Shown here piece after piece: positions 1 to 10,117 of a DNA stretch of 64,000 nt. Under the pieces are notes generated by a model. That model was not told where the DNA came from. It did not search any database and saw nothing but the letters and a program-made list of their open reading frames with translations. Position numbers and translations under genes: made by a program. The stretch lies in NCBI GenBank assembly GCA_965219085.1, contig OZ244720.1:2528001-2592000 (forward strand), given 5' to 3'. Every line of letters starts with the position of its first letter. Within the stretch, counting starts at the first letter, position 1. Source of the stretch: Dehalococcoidia bacterium (GTDB lineage: Bacteria > Chloroflexota > Dehalococcoidia > UBA2979).

Positions 1-956
1 CGGACGCGCTCGACGCGTCTGGATTGGCCGACTCGGTGGCTGCGGGCAACGTCATCACCTACGCCGGCATCGACCACCTCGTGCTCGTCGCGGCCGAGGC
101 GGCCTCGGCGCAGTACGGGCCGATGGCGGCCGGATGGGCGGAGCTCAGCGCGGCGCTCGACGGCGGCGGAACGCTGACGTTCCAGCAGGCCTTCGCCGCG
201 CAGCCCGAGCTCGCCTACGCGGAGGCCGTCCTCTCGCCGCTCGTGACCGCGGGCCGGGCCGTACAGCTTGGCGCCGACGGCCCGACCCTCGCCGAAAGCG
301 CCTTGCAAGCCGAGCTCCAGACGCAAGCCAATTGCCTGAACCCGGCTACGCTCCGGGACGCGCTGCTTGCGGCCGGCGTCGAGGACGTCGACGCGATACT
401 CGCGCTGGACGCCGAGTTCCGCGACGAGCATCGCGTCATCGTGTTCGCGACCGACGCAGTGCTGTGCGCCATCGGCGCCATCGACGGGGCGAACTCGGCG
501 TTCCTGCAGCGCCTCACCATCGCGGGCACCGAGGTGCACGCGATGATCGCACCGGAGCCGCCGGCTCCCGCGCCGGCGCCGGCGCCAGAGCCCGCGCCCG
601 AGCCCGTGCAGTTGCGCGTGATCGCGCAGCTCGCCGAGGACGGCCGCATCGAGCACGCGGTCGAGCTCGCCGGTGGCTGGGTGATCCGGCCCGAGCGGCG
701 CTTCTTCGGCGCCCAGCCGGACGACCGCCGCTGGTTCCAGAGCGGCGATGTCGAGGTGGATGGCGGCTCGATCGGTGTCATCCGGGCACGACGCCTGGAC
801 GACGGCCGCGTCGAGTTCGGCTTCCGCGACGTCGACGGCAACGTGATCGCGCCCGACGTGCGGTTCCTGCCGGCCGCGATGGAGGAGGGCGTCTGGCTGC
901 GCAGCAGCAAGTTCGAGGCGCCGCCGCCGGCTCCGGCGGACGAGCCCGAAGAGTAG
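1..956 (+). CDS. Hypothetical, probably surface-associated protein (5'-partial) with Pro/Ala linker and tandem C-terminal beta-rich domain
   Basis: Frame is open to the window edge; PAPAPAPEPAPEP linker, then two similar units (RVIAQLAEDGRIE..PERRFF..W.QS and IRARRLDDGRVE..PDVRFL..WLRSS). Confidence 0.6.
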   Translation, partial: DALDASGLADSVAAGNVITYAGIDHLVLVAAEAASAQYGPMAAGWAELSAALDGGGTLTFQQAFAAQPELAYAEAVLSPLVTAGRAVQLGADGPTLAESALQAELQTQANCLNPATLRDALLAAGVEDVDAILALDAEFRDEHRVIVFATDAVLCAIGAIDGANSAFLQRLTIAGTEVHAMIAPEPPAPAPAPAPEPAPEPVQLRVIAQLAEDGRIEHAVELAGGWVIRPERRFFGAQPDDRRWFQSGDVEVDGGSIGVIRARRLDDGRVEFGFRDVDGNVIAPDVRFLPAAMEEGVWLRSSKFEAPPPAPADEPEE

Positions 957-1274
957 CGGCCGCCAGGCGCAGCAAGGAGTCAGGGGATCCGCGGCTCCTC
1001 GCTGTGCCGGCGGCCGCGTGGCTTTGTGACGGCAGGATCGTGCGGGCGACGCCGGATGCGCTCGGCGCACCAAGCCACATGCGTGGGCGAACAACAATCC
1101 GCGTGAGCCAGAGCGTGCCGCACCTGCACGAGCACGTCTGGCCGGGCAGCCCGCGGCGCCGGCCTGCCAGGTGCTTCTGGCCGCGCCGCCCCTGCAAGAG
1201 CCCGCGGCAGACGCCGCGACGTGCGGGCTCGCCTGCGTGGCGCCATCGATGGGGCCACGGGCAAGGCGTCCTGA

Positions 1275-1886
1275 CTACAGAGCGAGCAGGCCCCGGCGCA
1301 CCGCTTCAGTGACCGCCTCGGTGCGCGAAGCCACATCGAGTTTGCCCAGGATTGAGCTGACGTGGAACTTCACCGTGTGCTCGCTGATTCCCAGCTGCAG
1401 GGCGATGCCTTTGTTCGGGAGGCCGTCTGTGACGAGGCGCAAGACCTCGAGTTCACGGTCAGTGAGCGCGCCGGCGGCCGCGGTCCTCATTGCGCTCGCG
1501 CCGAAAGACAGGTCGCCGACGCCGAGCGCCGGATCCACCACCAGCATTCCCGCGGCGACGGCACGGGCGGCTGCCGCCAGCACCTCGCCGGAGGCGTCGC
1601 GGTGCACGTACCCCCCAGGTGGCCCTTCGGCGGCGGCGGCGACCGTCCCGGTGAGGTCGTCCGTGAGTATGAGCACGGGCGCGTCTGCCGATTCGAACAG
1701 ACCGGCCGTCGCATCGCCGGCGTCGGCGACCCACACGTCTGCTGGTTCGAAGCCGCCGCCGCCGAGGTCACGGGGAGCGAACTCGCGGACGACCTCCAGG
1801 CCTGCACGCACGAGCAACTCCCTCAGCCCCGCGCGGACGGCGGGGTACTCGGCGACGACCACCACCCTCAGGCACGGCTTGCTCAT
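1275..1886 (-). CDS. NarL/LuxR-family response regulator (degenerate receiver + HTH)
   Basis: C-terminal LTDRELEVLRLVTDGLPNKGIALQLGISEHTVKFHVSSILGKL LuxR HTH. Confidence 0.93.
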   Translation of the reverse strand: MSKPCLRVVVVAEYPAVRAGLRELLVRAGLEVVREFAPRDLGGGGFEPADVWVADAGDATAGLFESADAPVLILTDDLTGTVAAAAEGPPGGYVHRDASGEVLAAAARAVAAGMLVVDPALGVGDLSFGASAMRTAAAGALTDRELEVLRLVTDGLPNKGIALQLGISEHTVKFHVSSILGKLDVASRTEAVTEAVRRGLLAL

Positions 1887-1916
1887 GTCGTCAGAACCAG
1901 CCGGGCCCCCAGTTGG

Positions 1917-2834
1917 TCATGGCTGGTCCCGCTCCGCGATCGTCACGGACAACTCGTGCACCTCGCCGCCGCGCAGCACTGTCAGCAGCGTGGCGCGGCC
2001 CACACGGTCGACCCCGAGCGCCGCGTAGAGCGCGGCATGATCCTCGATGCCCTGGTGGTCGATACGCACCAGGATGTCTCCGATCAGCAGGCCGGCGTCG
2101 CCAGCCGGGCTGCGGGTTTCCACTCTCACAAGGAGCAGGCCACGCTCCTGTCCATCGAGCTTCGCGGCCAACGCCTCCGGCAACCGGACGGGCTGGCTTG
2201 CGACCCCGAGGTAACCACGGCGGATGCGCCCGTGCGCCAGCAGCGACGCCGCGATGCCATCAACAGCCGCGGCCGGGATGGTGAGCCCCGCGCCACGGCG
2301 CAGCCGGGAGCTGTTAATACCGACAACGCGGCCCCCGACATCGATCAGCGGGCCGCCTGAGAACCCGGGGTAGAACGTGACGTCGGGCCGCAGATAGCCG
2401 TCCACACGGCCACCCTGGAACGTGCGCCACGCCCCACCGATTGCGCTTACGATGCCCAGCGAAACCTGCACCGCGCCCGGCGTGGGCCGGCCGAGCGCCA
2501 GTGCGAGATGCCCCACGCGAATCTCGCCGTCCGGCGCCAACTCGGCGGCATCGAGGCCGGTCGCGTCGACACGCAACACGGCGAGGTCTGAACCGGGGTC
2601 GCGCCCCGCGATCGTGGCGGCCGCCTCGGAACCGTCGGGGAGGCCGACCGTGATGTGGTCGTCACGTTCAAGCACGTGGTCGGCGGTGACGACCGCACCA
2701 TCCGCGCTCCACACCACGCCGCTCGCGGGAATCCGGTTGCGGCCGTTCACGCGCAAGGTCCAGCGTGCCGCACGCTCCACGACGGCGGCGAAGCCGCCGG
2801 ACAGCGCTGCGAGCGAGTCGAGGTCTTCGGTCAT
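1917..2834 (-). CDS. S1C (HtrA/DegP-like) serine protease with PDZ domain
   Basis: Triad motifs TADH, DLAVL, GFSGGP; C-terminal GYLGV..SPA..AGL..GD PDZ; start set at MTEDL after GAGGAG. Confidence 0.92.
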   Translation of the reverse strand: MTEDLDSLAALSGGFAAVVERAARWTLRVNGRNRIPASGVVWSADGAVVTADHVLERDDHITVGLPDGSEAAATIAGRDPGSDLAVLRVDATGLDAAELAPDGEIRVGHLALALGRPTPGAVQVSLGIVSAIGGAWRTFQGGRVDGYLRPDVTFYPGFSGGPLIDVGGRVVGINSSRLRRGAGLTIPAAAVDGIAASLLAHGRIRRGYLGVASQPVRLPEALAAKLDGQERGLLLVRVETRSPAGDAGLLIGDILVRIDHQGIEDHAALYAALGVDRVGRATLLTVLRGGEVHELSVTIAERDQP

Positions 2835-2998
2835 GTTGTGCTCCTCTTCCAGCGCACGCATACAGGATGCCTCATCGGCCTCACGGTCAGGATCACCCGA
2901 ACGGACAGGCGGGCTGCCTGCCCGTTTGGGTAGTCGGAAGCTTACCTTCGCCCGCCTGGCGTACACTCTGATCTCGCAGCCTTGAGGAGGCGGGACGG

Positions 2999-3220
2999 AT
3001 GGCAAGCGAACAGCTGGTGGTGATCGAGCTCGCCGAGGGCGGCAAGCCCCGCATCATCCTCGACCGCGAGGAACTGCCCCTGCTGCGTCGCGACGGCGAC
3101 ACCGAGTACCGCTGCGGCTCCTGTGACGCCGTGCTGGCCGAGCAGGTGTGGCAGTGGGAAGTCCGCAACGTCGTCTTCCGCTGCCCCTCGTGCGGCGCCC
3201 ACAACGAGGTGTCGAAGTAG
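2999..3220 (+). CDS. Small Zn-ribbon protein
   Basis: 73 aa, CGSC and CPSC pairs, GAGGAGG RBS upstream. Confidence 0.7.
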   Translation: MASEQLVVIELAEGGKPRIILDREELPLLRRDGDTEYRCGSCDAVLAEQVWQWEVRNVVFRCPSCGAHNEVSK

Positions 3221-3245
3221 CCGCCGACCGCATCCGGGGGGCCAT

Positions 3246-4691
3246 CTGAGCCAACTCGCACCACCCGCCCCGCCTCCGACCGCCGAGGCGCCTCCCCAAC
3301 AGCAGGCCACGAACGGGGCCGGGCCTCCGCCGCGCGGGCCGGGCGGCCCTCCCCGGTCGCGAGGCTTCTCGATCCGCACCTTCGAGTCGCTCAAGAACCG
3401 CGGGTTCCGCTGGTTCTTCCTCTCCTCGCTCGGTGCGATGGCCTCGCTCAACATGCAGATCCTCGTGCGCGGCTATCTGGCGTTCGACCTCACCAACTCG
3501 TTCTCGGCGCTCGGCGCGATGGGAATCGCGAGCGCGGTGCCGATGTTCACGCTCTCCGTCTTCGGCGGCGTGCTCGCGGACCGCGTCTCGAAGAAGTGGA
3601 TCCTGCAGGTCGGTCAGGCGATCTCGGCGCTGCTCGCCATCGGCGTCGGGCTCCTCGTGGCGTCGGGGCAGTTGCGTTACGAACACCTCTTCGCGACGTC
3701 GATCGTGCAGGGCGTGGTGCAGGCCATCATGTTGCCGGCCTCGCAGGCGATGGTGCCCGAGGTGATCGGGCGCAAGGGCATGATGAACGCGGTCTCGCTG
3801 AACGCCGCGGGCATGAACTTCGTGCGGCTGCTCGCCCCGGCGGCCGGAGGCTTCCTGATCGCGCTGATCGGGGCGGCGTCGGTCTACTTCGTCATGGCGG
3901 GCACGTACGGCCTCGCCGTCGCCGCGCTCATCCCGGTCTCTGGCGCGTCGGCGCTGCGGCCGGAGCGCCTCGCCGCGTTGCTGTCGCATGGCGGCATGGC
4001 GCCTGCGCCCGAACCGGCGAACGGGGCCGGACCGGCGCCCGGACCGGGGATGCGACGCGCACCCGTCGAGGGTGGCATCCTGGCCGCCGCGCGCTCCGGG
4101 TTCGCCGACCTCGGCGACGGCGCGCGCTACATCGTCCACGACCGCAACATCTTCCAACTGCTCACGGTGAACTTCCTCACGGCGATGCTCGGCATGCCGT
4201 TCATGGTCATGCTGCCCGGCTACGTGAGCGAGGTGTACGGCGGCGGCGCCGACGCCCTCGGCCTGATCATCGCGATCAGCGGCGGGGGCGCGCTGATCGG
4301 CGCGCTCGTGGTGGCGTCGCTACCGGAGAAGCGTCGAGGCGTACTGATGCTGCTGTCCGCGATCCTGATCGGCGCCTCGCTCGTCGCCTTCGCAAGTACC
4401 GATCAGTTCTGGATCGGTGCGCTCTTCATGGCGACGGCGGGCGTGGGCACGGCCGGGCGGCAGGCGCTGAGCGCGGTACTCGTGCACACCTACGTCGAGG
4501 ACGCGTACCGCGGTCGCGTGATGGCCGTCTTCATGACGCAGATCAGCCTCATGCTCGGCGCGGCGTTCTTCGTCGGCCTGCTGGCGGAGGTGATCGGCGT
4601 GCGTTCGGCGCTCGCCAGCCTCGGCGCGGCGCTGGTGGTCATGATCCTCGCGTTCATGGCGTTCTCACCGACCCTGCGCAGGATGACCTAG
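3246..4691 (+). CDS. MFS transporter
   Basis: About 12 hydrophobic segments, GGVLADRVSKK motif A, YRGRV motif; start codon uncertain. Confidence 0.92.
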   Translation: MSQLAPPAPPPTAEAPPQQQATNGAGPPPRGPGGPPRSRGFSIRTFESLKNRGFRWFFLSSLGAMASLNMQILVRGYLAFDLTNSFSALGAMGIASAVPMFTLSVFGGVLADRVSKKWILQVGQAISALLAIGVGLLVASGQLRYEHLFATSIVQGVVQAIMLPASQAMVPEVIGRKGMMNAVSLNAAGMNFVRLLAPAAGGFLIALIGAASVYFVMAGTYGLAVAALIPVSGASALRPERLAALLSHGGMAPAPEPANGAGPAPGPGMRRAPVEGGILAAARSGFADLGDGARYIVHDRNIFQLLTVNFLTAMLGMPFMVMLPGYVSEVYGGGADALGLIIAISGGGALIGALVVASLPEKRRGVLMLLSAILIGASLVAFASTDQFWIGALFMATAGVGTAGRQALSAVLVHTYVEDAYRGRVMAVFMTQISLMLGAAFFVGLLAEVIGVRSALASLGAALVVMILAFMAFSPTLRRMT

Positions 4692-4865
4692 CCGGTCACC
4701 AGGGCTGACCGCGTAGCCGGGACAAGCGCGCGCCCCCCGCGCGTGCGAGGGGCGCATGGCGGGGATGACCCCAGGGCGTCCGAACTCCTCGCAACGCCCT
4801 GCATGCCGGGCGCCCCATCACCGGCTCAAGCCAGTCGGAGGCGCCCGGCTCGTCGACGACCCGGG

Positions 4866-6644
4866 CTACTGGCTGTAACCCGTCGAAGGCGCCAGCTCGG
4901 CCACAGCCACCGTGAGGTGGTCCAACAGCATGCGGAAGTCGCGGTACGCCTCGGCTGAGCCGAGCCGCTCGTCCAGCGACTCCAGCTCCCACTGCAGCGC
5001 CTCGAGGTCGGCGTGGATGCCGCCGGTATCGACGTTGGCGTTCTCGACCTGGGGCGAGAGCGCGCTGTAGCGGTCGGCGGACAGCGCGACGATGGCGCCG
5101 AAGCGGAGGTACCGGTCGCCCGCGTCGAACGGCGCGGCGGTGTGGCCCGCCACGTCCAGGCTCTGGCCCAGCGTGTCGCCCGTGCGCGGGTCGACCCAGC
5201 GCACCTCGACTTCGCCCAGCGACACCTGGCGGTTACGAGCCTCGTTGTGGAGCGCCAGCTCGTAGAAGACCGTCGTGGCGGCCCCGGACGGGAGCTCGGC
5301 GAACTCCTTGCGGTTCTGCTCGAAGGTGTGGTCCGGCGTGACGCGGTTCTCGTAGCCGACGATGCGCCACGCGTGCACGAGCCGCGGATCCCAGGTCACC
5401 TGGGCGCGGGTCTGGTCCGCGAACGGCGTGGAGAGCGCGAGCCAGTTCTCGCGGCTGAACGTCGTGCGCGCCTGGTTGGTGTCGTCCAGGTAGCGGTACC
5501 AGCCGTTGCCCTGCTGGGCGAGCTGCTCCAGCAGGTAGTCGTTGTAGTTCTCGATCCCGACGCCGATGGTGATCAACCGCAGCGGGTTGAGGTGGTCCGT
5601 GTCGCGTGCCGAATCGAGGATGGCGAACGGGCTTGTCGCATCGACGTTCGCGACGCCGTCGGACATCAGGATGATGTAGTTGAAGGCGTCCGGCCGCTGC
5701 CGGCGCGCCTCGTCGGCGAGCCGCACGCCGAGGTTGAGACCGGCCTGCACGTTGGTGCTGTCGTGCGGCCTCAACCGCTCGATCGAGCGCGTGACATCCC
5801 GGTCGTCGGGACGGGTGTGCCGGACGGTGTAGGCGTCCAGGATGTCGGTCGTGAAGTGCACGACGGCGATGCGGTCGCGCGAACTGAGGCTCTGGCGGAT
5901 GGTCTCCGCCGCCGTCCGCGCGATGTTGACGCGGTCGCCGCTGGCCATTGACCCGGAAGCGTCGAGCACCAGCGTGACGTTCAGCGGCGTGGTGTCCGGC
6001 ACCTTCGGCGCCTGCATGGCGACGCGGGCCAGGTGGAGGCCACCGTCGATCGGATGCCCGATCACGTCGCTGGTGATCGAGAAGCTCCGGCCGTCGCGGG
6101 GCAGGTCGTAGTCGTAGAAGAAGGCGTTGATCCACTCCTCGGCCCGCACGGAGTTGGGGTCCACCTCGAAGCCGTTCCGCGCCCAGTTGAGCGCGAGGAA
6201 GTAGGAGGTGCGGTCCGTGTCGAGACTGAAGGTCGAGACGGCGTCCTGGGATGCATCGACGAACGGGGTGCGCCCGTAGTTCTTGAACGTCGTGGTCGAT
6301 GGCGCGGCCTGCTGGCCTGCCGGCACCGGGCTCTGGCCTGACGGCGCGGGCGTCGCAGCCGGGCGGGGCGGAGCCAGCTGCGCGATCACCGTTGCCCTGG
6401 GGGCTGGCGACGCGGAGTAGGAGCCCCCCGATGAGTCGTCATCCGAGGCGCTGTCGGACGCGCTGGTGGTTGTCGTGGTGGTGCTCGACGAAGTCGTGGA
6501 GCCGCTCGACGAGCGGGTCGAGGGCGCAGCCACCGCGGCGGCATCTTCGTCGTCACCAGCGTCATCTCCGCCGCAGGCGGCGACCGCCAGGGTGAAGATC
6601 GCGACGGTGAAGAGGATCAGGGAATTCCGCAGTGCGAGTCGCAT
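4866..6644 (-). CDS. vWA-domain lipoprotein (YfbK-like)
   Basis: Lipobox VAAC, Ser/Thr linker, STFSLDTDRTSY, MIDAS DASGSM, SDGVAN, GYENR motif. Confidence 0.88.
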   Translation of the reverse strand: MRLALRNSLILFTVAIFTLAVAACGGDDAGDDEDAAAVAAPSTRSSSGSTTSSSTTTTTTSASDSASDDDSSGGSYSASPAPRATVIAQLAPPRPAATPAPSGQSPVPAGQQAAPSTTTFKNYGRTPFVDASQDAVSTFSLDTDRTSYFLALNWARNGFEVDPNSVRAEEWINAFFYDYDLPRDGRSFSITSDVIGHPIDGGLHLARVAMQAPKVPDTTPLNVTLVLDASGSMASGDRVNIARTAAETIRQSLSSRDRIAVVHFTTDILDAYTVRHTRPDDRDVTRSIERLRPHDSTNVQAGLNLGVRLADEARRQRPDAFNYIILMSDGVANVDATSPFAILDSARDTDHLNPLRLITIGVGIENYNDYLLEQLAQQGNGWYRYLDDTNQARTTFSRENWLALSTPFADQTRAQVTWDPRLVHAWRIVGYENRVTPDHTFEQNRKEFAELPSGAATTVFYELALHNEARNRQVSLGEVEVRWVDPRTGDTLGQSLDVAGHTAAPFDAGDRYLRFGAIVALSADRYSALSPQVENANVDTGGIHADLEALQWELESLDERLGSAEAYRDFRMLLDHLTVAVAELAPSTGYSQ

Positions 6645-7461
6645 GTCAGCCTCCCAGGCTAGCGGCATCCGCGTGGAGACCGAGGTCGCGTCGGCGCCGG
6701 CGAGCAATGAGCAGGGCTCGTTGCCTCCGCCGCCAGCCGCGCGACCGGGTCGCCATGCCGTTCATGATTAGATATACGCGCCTGAGGCGGGGATGGTTTC
6801 CCTGACCCGCGGCCTCGCGAGTACCGATCGGCGGCATCGCCGTCGCACATCCGCTCACCGTGGGGGGTCCGGAGCGCAGGAGGGCGGCGAGTACGCGTCG
6901 CGCAGCTTGTCGAATCGGGCACTGACGCAGGCGCCGGCTCACCGGAGATCCGACGGGACCCACTGCGCTCCCCAGCACTCAATGTCACCCGACACCCACA
7001 CGCCGCAGGTGTGAACCGCACCGGTGCTCACCGAGCGGAACTTCCCCGGAGGCGCGTCTGCCTGGCCGAACCGGTTGTCTCCCCAGCAGACGACCTCGCC
7101 CGAATCGCGTACCGCACAGCTATGCCAAAGTAACGTGCTCACCGAGACGAATCTCCCGGGAGGCGCGTCCGTCAAGTTGGATGGCTCGGCGCCCCAACAG
7201 GCGAGCTCACCCGAATCCCGGACAGCACATGTGTGGGCCGCCCCCGCGCTGACGGAGAGGTACGTCCCCGGAGGTACGTGCGTTAGGCTGGATTCTCCCC
7301 AGCAGAGGATCCCACCCGACCCCGACTCGAGCACGGCGCACGAGTGCCGCTCCCCCGCGCTCACCGAGCGGTATTTCCACCTCCCCTGCGGCGCGTTCGC
7401 CTGGCCCCAATCGACCACCCTGATCAAGGAGGTAGACGTGCCCGACTCCTGTCGCGCGCCC

Positions 7462-8827
7462 GGTCACGTCCCTGCAAGTGGTGTAACAGTGCACCATCCT
7501 GATCATTTGCTAGCTGGCGGTCTGCAGTAGCACCTCCTCGCCTGAGGCGACCTCGGCCACGGCCGCCGGCAGCGGCTGCAGCATCGTCATGTAGCGCCGC
7601 CCCTCCGCCCACTCGTCGTGCTGCTCGGCGAGCACGGCGCCGACCAGCCGCACGACGGCGGCACGGTTGGGGAAGATGCCGACCACGTTGGTGCGCCGCC
7701 GGATCTCCTTGTTGAGGCGTTCCAGCGGGTTGTTCGACCAGACCTGCCGCCAGTAGACGACCGGGAAGGCCGTAAACGCCAGGATCTCCGGCCCGGCGTC
7801 GGCGAGCAGCGCCGCGGCCTCGGGGAAGCGCTCGGCGAGCTGCTCCACCACGCGGGCGTGTTGGGCCTGCACCTCGGCCGCCGAGGACTGCTCGTAGATC
7901 GTCCGCACCGTCGTCGCCACCAGCTTCTCGGCGCTCTTCGGCACCCGGGTCAGCAGGTTGCGCATGAAGTGCGTGCGGCAGCGCTGCCAGGAGGCGCCGG
8001 CGAAGACCGTCGCGATCGCCTCCCTGAGGCCCTGGTGCGCGTCCGAGGTGACGAGCTCGACGCCGGACAGGCCGCGCGCCACGAGCCCGCGCAGGAAGCT
8101 CAGCCAGAACGCCCCGTCCTCGGAGGTGCCGACGTCGATGCCCAGCAGCTCGCGCTTGCCGGAGGCGTTGACGGCGGTGGCGACGACCACGGCCACCTGC
8201 ACGACGCGGCCCTCCTCGCGCACGAGCTGGGTGAGCGCGTCGAGCCAGAGGTAGCGGTAGGGGCCCGAGTCGAGGGGCCGCTCGAGGAAGCTCGAGACGA
8301 CCTCGTCGAGTTCAGCGCAGATGCGCGAGACCTGGCTCTTGGAGATGCCGTCGCAGCCGAGCGAGCGCACGAGGTCGTCGACGCGACGGGTCGAGACGCC
8401 CTCGACGTAGGCCTGCGTGACCACGGAGACCAGGGCGCGCTCCGAGCGCCGCCGCGGCTCGATCAGCGAGGGGAAGTAGCTGCCCTCGCGCAGCTTCGGG
8501 ATGCCCAGTTCGATCGTGCCCACACGCGTGTCCCAGCGCCGCGGCCGGTAGCCGTTGCGCCGGGTCAGGCGCGTCTCGCTGCGCTCGCCGTGGGCGGCGC
8601 CGATCTGCGCCGAGACCTCGGCGTCCATCACCGCCTGGGCGAGCACCGCGACCGCCTCGCGCAGAAAGTCGAGGTCCGCTCCGTCCGCCTGCTTGCGCAG
8701 CAGTTCCAACAAGTCCACGCTCTCCTTGACCACAGTCGTCCTCCTCCACGTGACTGTTTCCTGTGTGAAGGATGGCGCGGTGGTCTCCTACGTCCACCTC
8801 TGTGACACCACTTCCTGGGACGCTACC
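7462..8827 (-). mobile_element. IS256-family insertion sequence
   Basis: Imperfect TIRs GGTCACGTCCCTGCAAGTGGTGTAACAG and reverse-complement GGTAGCGTCCCAGGAAGTGGTGTCACAG; no target duplication seen. Confidence 0.9.
7510..8733 (-). CDS. IS256-family transposase
   Basis: RNGYR, IPKLREGSYFPS, WLDA, SDAHQGL, WQRCRTHF, NPLERLNKEIRRRT motifs. Confidence 0.97.
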   Translation of the reverse strand: MVKESVDLLELLRKQADGADLDFLREAVAVLAQAVMDAEVSAQIGAAHGERSETRLTRRNGYRPRRWDTRVGTIELGIPKLREGSYFPSLIEPRRRSERALVSVVTQAYVEGVSTRRVDDLVRSLGCDGISKSQVSRICAELDEVVSSFLERPLDSGPYRYLWLDALTQLVREEGRVVQVAVVVATAVNASGKRELLGIDVGTSEDGAFWLSFLRGLVARGLSGVELVTSDAHQGLREAIATVFAGASWQRCRTHFMRNLLTRVPKSAEKLVATTVRTIYEQSSAAEVQAQHARVVEQLAERFPEAAALLADAGPEILAFTAFPVVYWRQVWSNNPLERLNKEIRRRTNVVGIFPNRAAVVRLVGAVLAEQHDEWAEGRRYMTMLQPLPAAVAEVASGEEVLLQTAS

Positions 8828-10012
8828 TGCTCGCGCGGGGCATTCAACAGGGAGCCGTAGTCAGACGCCCCCCAGCAGACCACCGAACCGGACTCATGGA
8901 TCGCGCATGTGAACTGTGAGCCCGCACTCACCGCGCTGTACCGTCCCGGCGGTGCCTGGGCCTCGCCGACGTCGTCTGCGCCCCAGCAGGCGATCTCGCC
9001 CGACTCGCGTACTGCGCACGCATGCGACTCGCCTGCGCCGACCGAGCGGAACGTCCCGCCGGGGGCGTCCAGCTCGCCCTTCCTGCGGCCTCCCCAGCAA
9101 ACCAGCTCCGCCGACTCGCGAATCGCGCACGTGAACCCATCGCCCGCGCTGACCAAGCGGTACTTACCGGGGGTGCGGTCGCCTCACCCCTGTCGTTCCT
9201 GCCCCAGCAGTCGATCTCGCCAGACTCCCGTATTGCACAGGTGTGGCTGTAGCCAGCACTCACGGACCGGTATGTGCGCACGAACGCACGATGCGCCTCA
9301 TTCGAAGTGTCCCCCCAGCAGGAAACTGAGCCCGCCTCGCGTACCGCGCACGTGTGAGTACCCCCCGCGCTCACCGAGCGGAACTTCCCCGAAGGCGCGC
9401 TGGTCAAGCCATAATTCTCATTCCCCCAGCAGCGAACGGCGCCCGATTCGTCGTGCACGGCGCAGGCATGACCACCCCCCGCGCTGACGGACCGGTAGCT
9501 ACCCAGGGGGGTGTCCGCTTCAAGCATGTACTCGTTGTCTCCCCAGCACCTGAGCTCACTCGACGCTCTGACAGCGCATGCGAATCCGCGCCCCGCACTG
9601 AGCTGCACCGCCGGGTCCGACGGCGGAGGGCCGGACGGGGTGGCGCGAGGTTCGCGAGTGGTAACCGGTGTGCCCGAGGGTGCCTGTACGGAAGTCTGGT
9701 CCTGCGGGCCCGCGCAGCCGGCGACAACAGCCGCTGCGACTACCAGTAGAGCCGCGCCCAACACCGCCGGCCACGTCGCCATGTCGCGGATGATAGATAT
9801 ACGCTCCGATCGCCGGGATGGTTTCCCCACCGAGAGCATCGATGGTGGGGATCGGCGATATTGCAGTCGGACAGCCGCCAGCCGGGGATGGGAGAGGCCG
9901 CAGGCCACCCCGATAACGCTCGCACGCCATCCCGGAGCGTCGCGCGGGACCATCGTGGAGCCGCGCGCAGTTGCGCTTGGGGTCCAGGCCGTATCCCGAA
10001 GTCGCTGGAGGC

Positions 10013-10067
10013 TGGCTGGCCAAGGAAGACTGTACTGCGAACTTTCGAGCTGGCGGTGTCACTGTAG
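10013..10067 (+). other. Hybrid att site (attL-like) carrying the orphan 3' tail of a serine recombinase gene
   Basis: 10013-10052 matches 36946-36985 at 37/40 nt and encodes GWPRKTVLRTFELAVSL*; only the right arm of the attP palindrome is present. Confidence 0.8.
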
Positions 10068-10117
10068 GTTCGGTGGGCCAGACTCTGCGGGGCCCGCTGC
10101 GCCCAGCCTGCGTTCGA

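Larger units (their letters stand above)
6939..9782 (-). pseudogene. RCC1/BLIP-II-repeat lipoprotein, disrupted by a frameshift (~9170) and IS256 (7462-8827)
   Basis: Repeated SVSAG..HTCAVRESG...CWG units in three fragments (9782-9170, 9170-8828, 7461-6939); lipobox VVAGC. Confidence 0.88.

Noticed and set aside
6939-9600. Periodic DNA repeats (CCCCAGCA, CCCGCGCTCACCGAGCGG) resembling an array
   Set aside because: They are the coding repeats of the RCC1-like protein (CWG, SVSAG).
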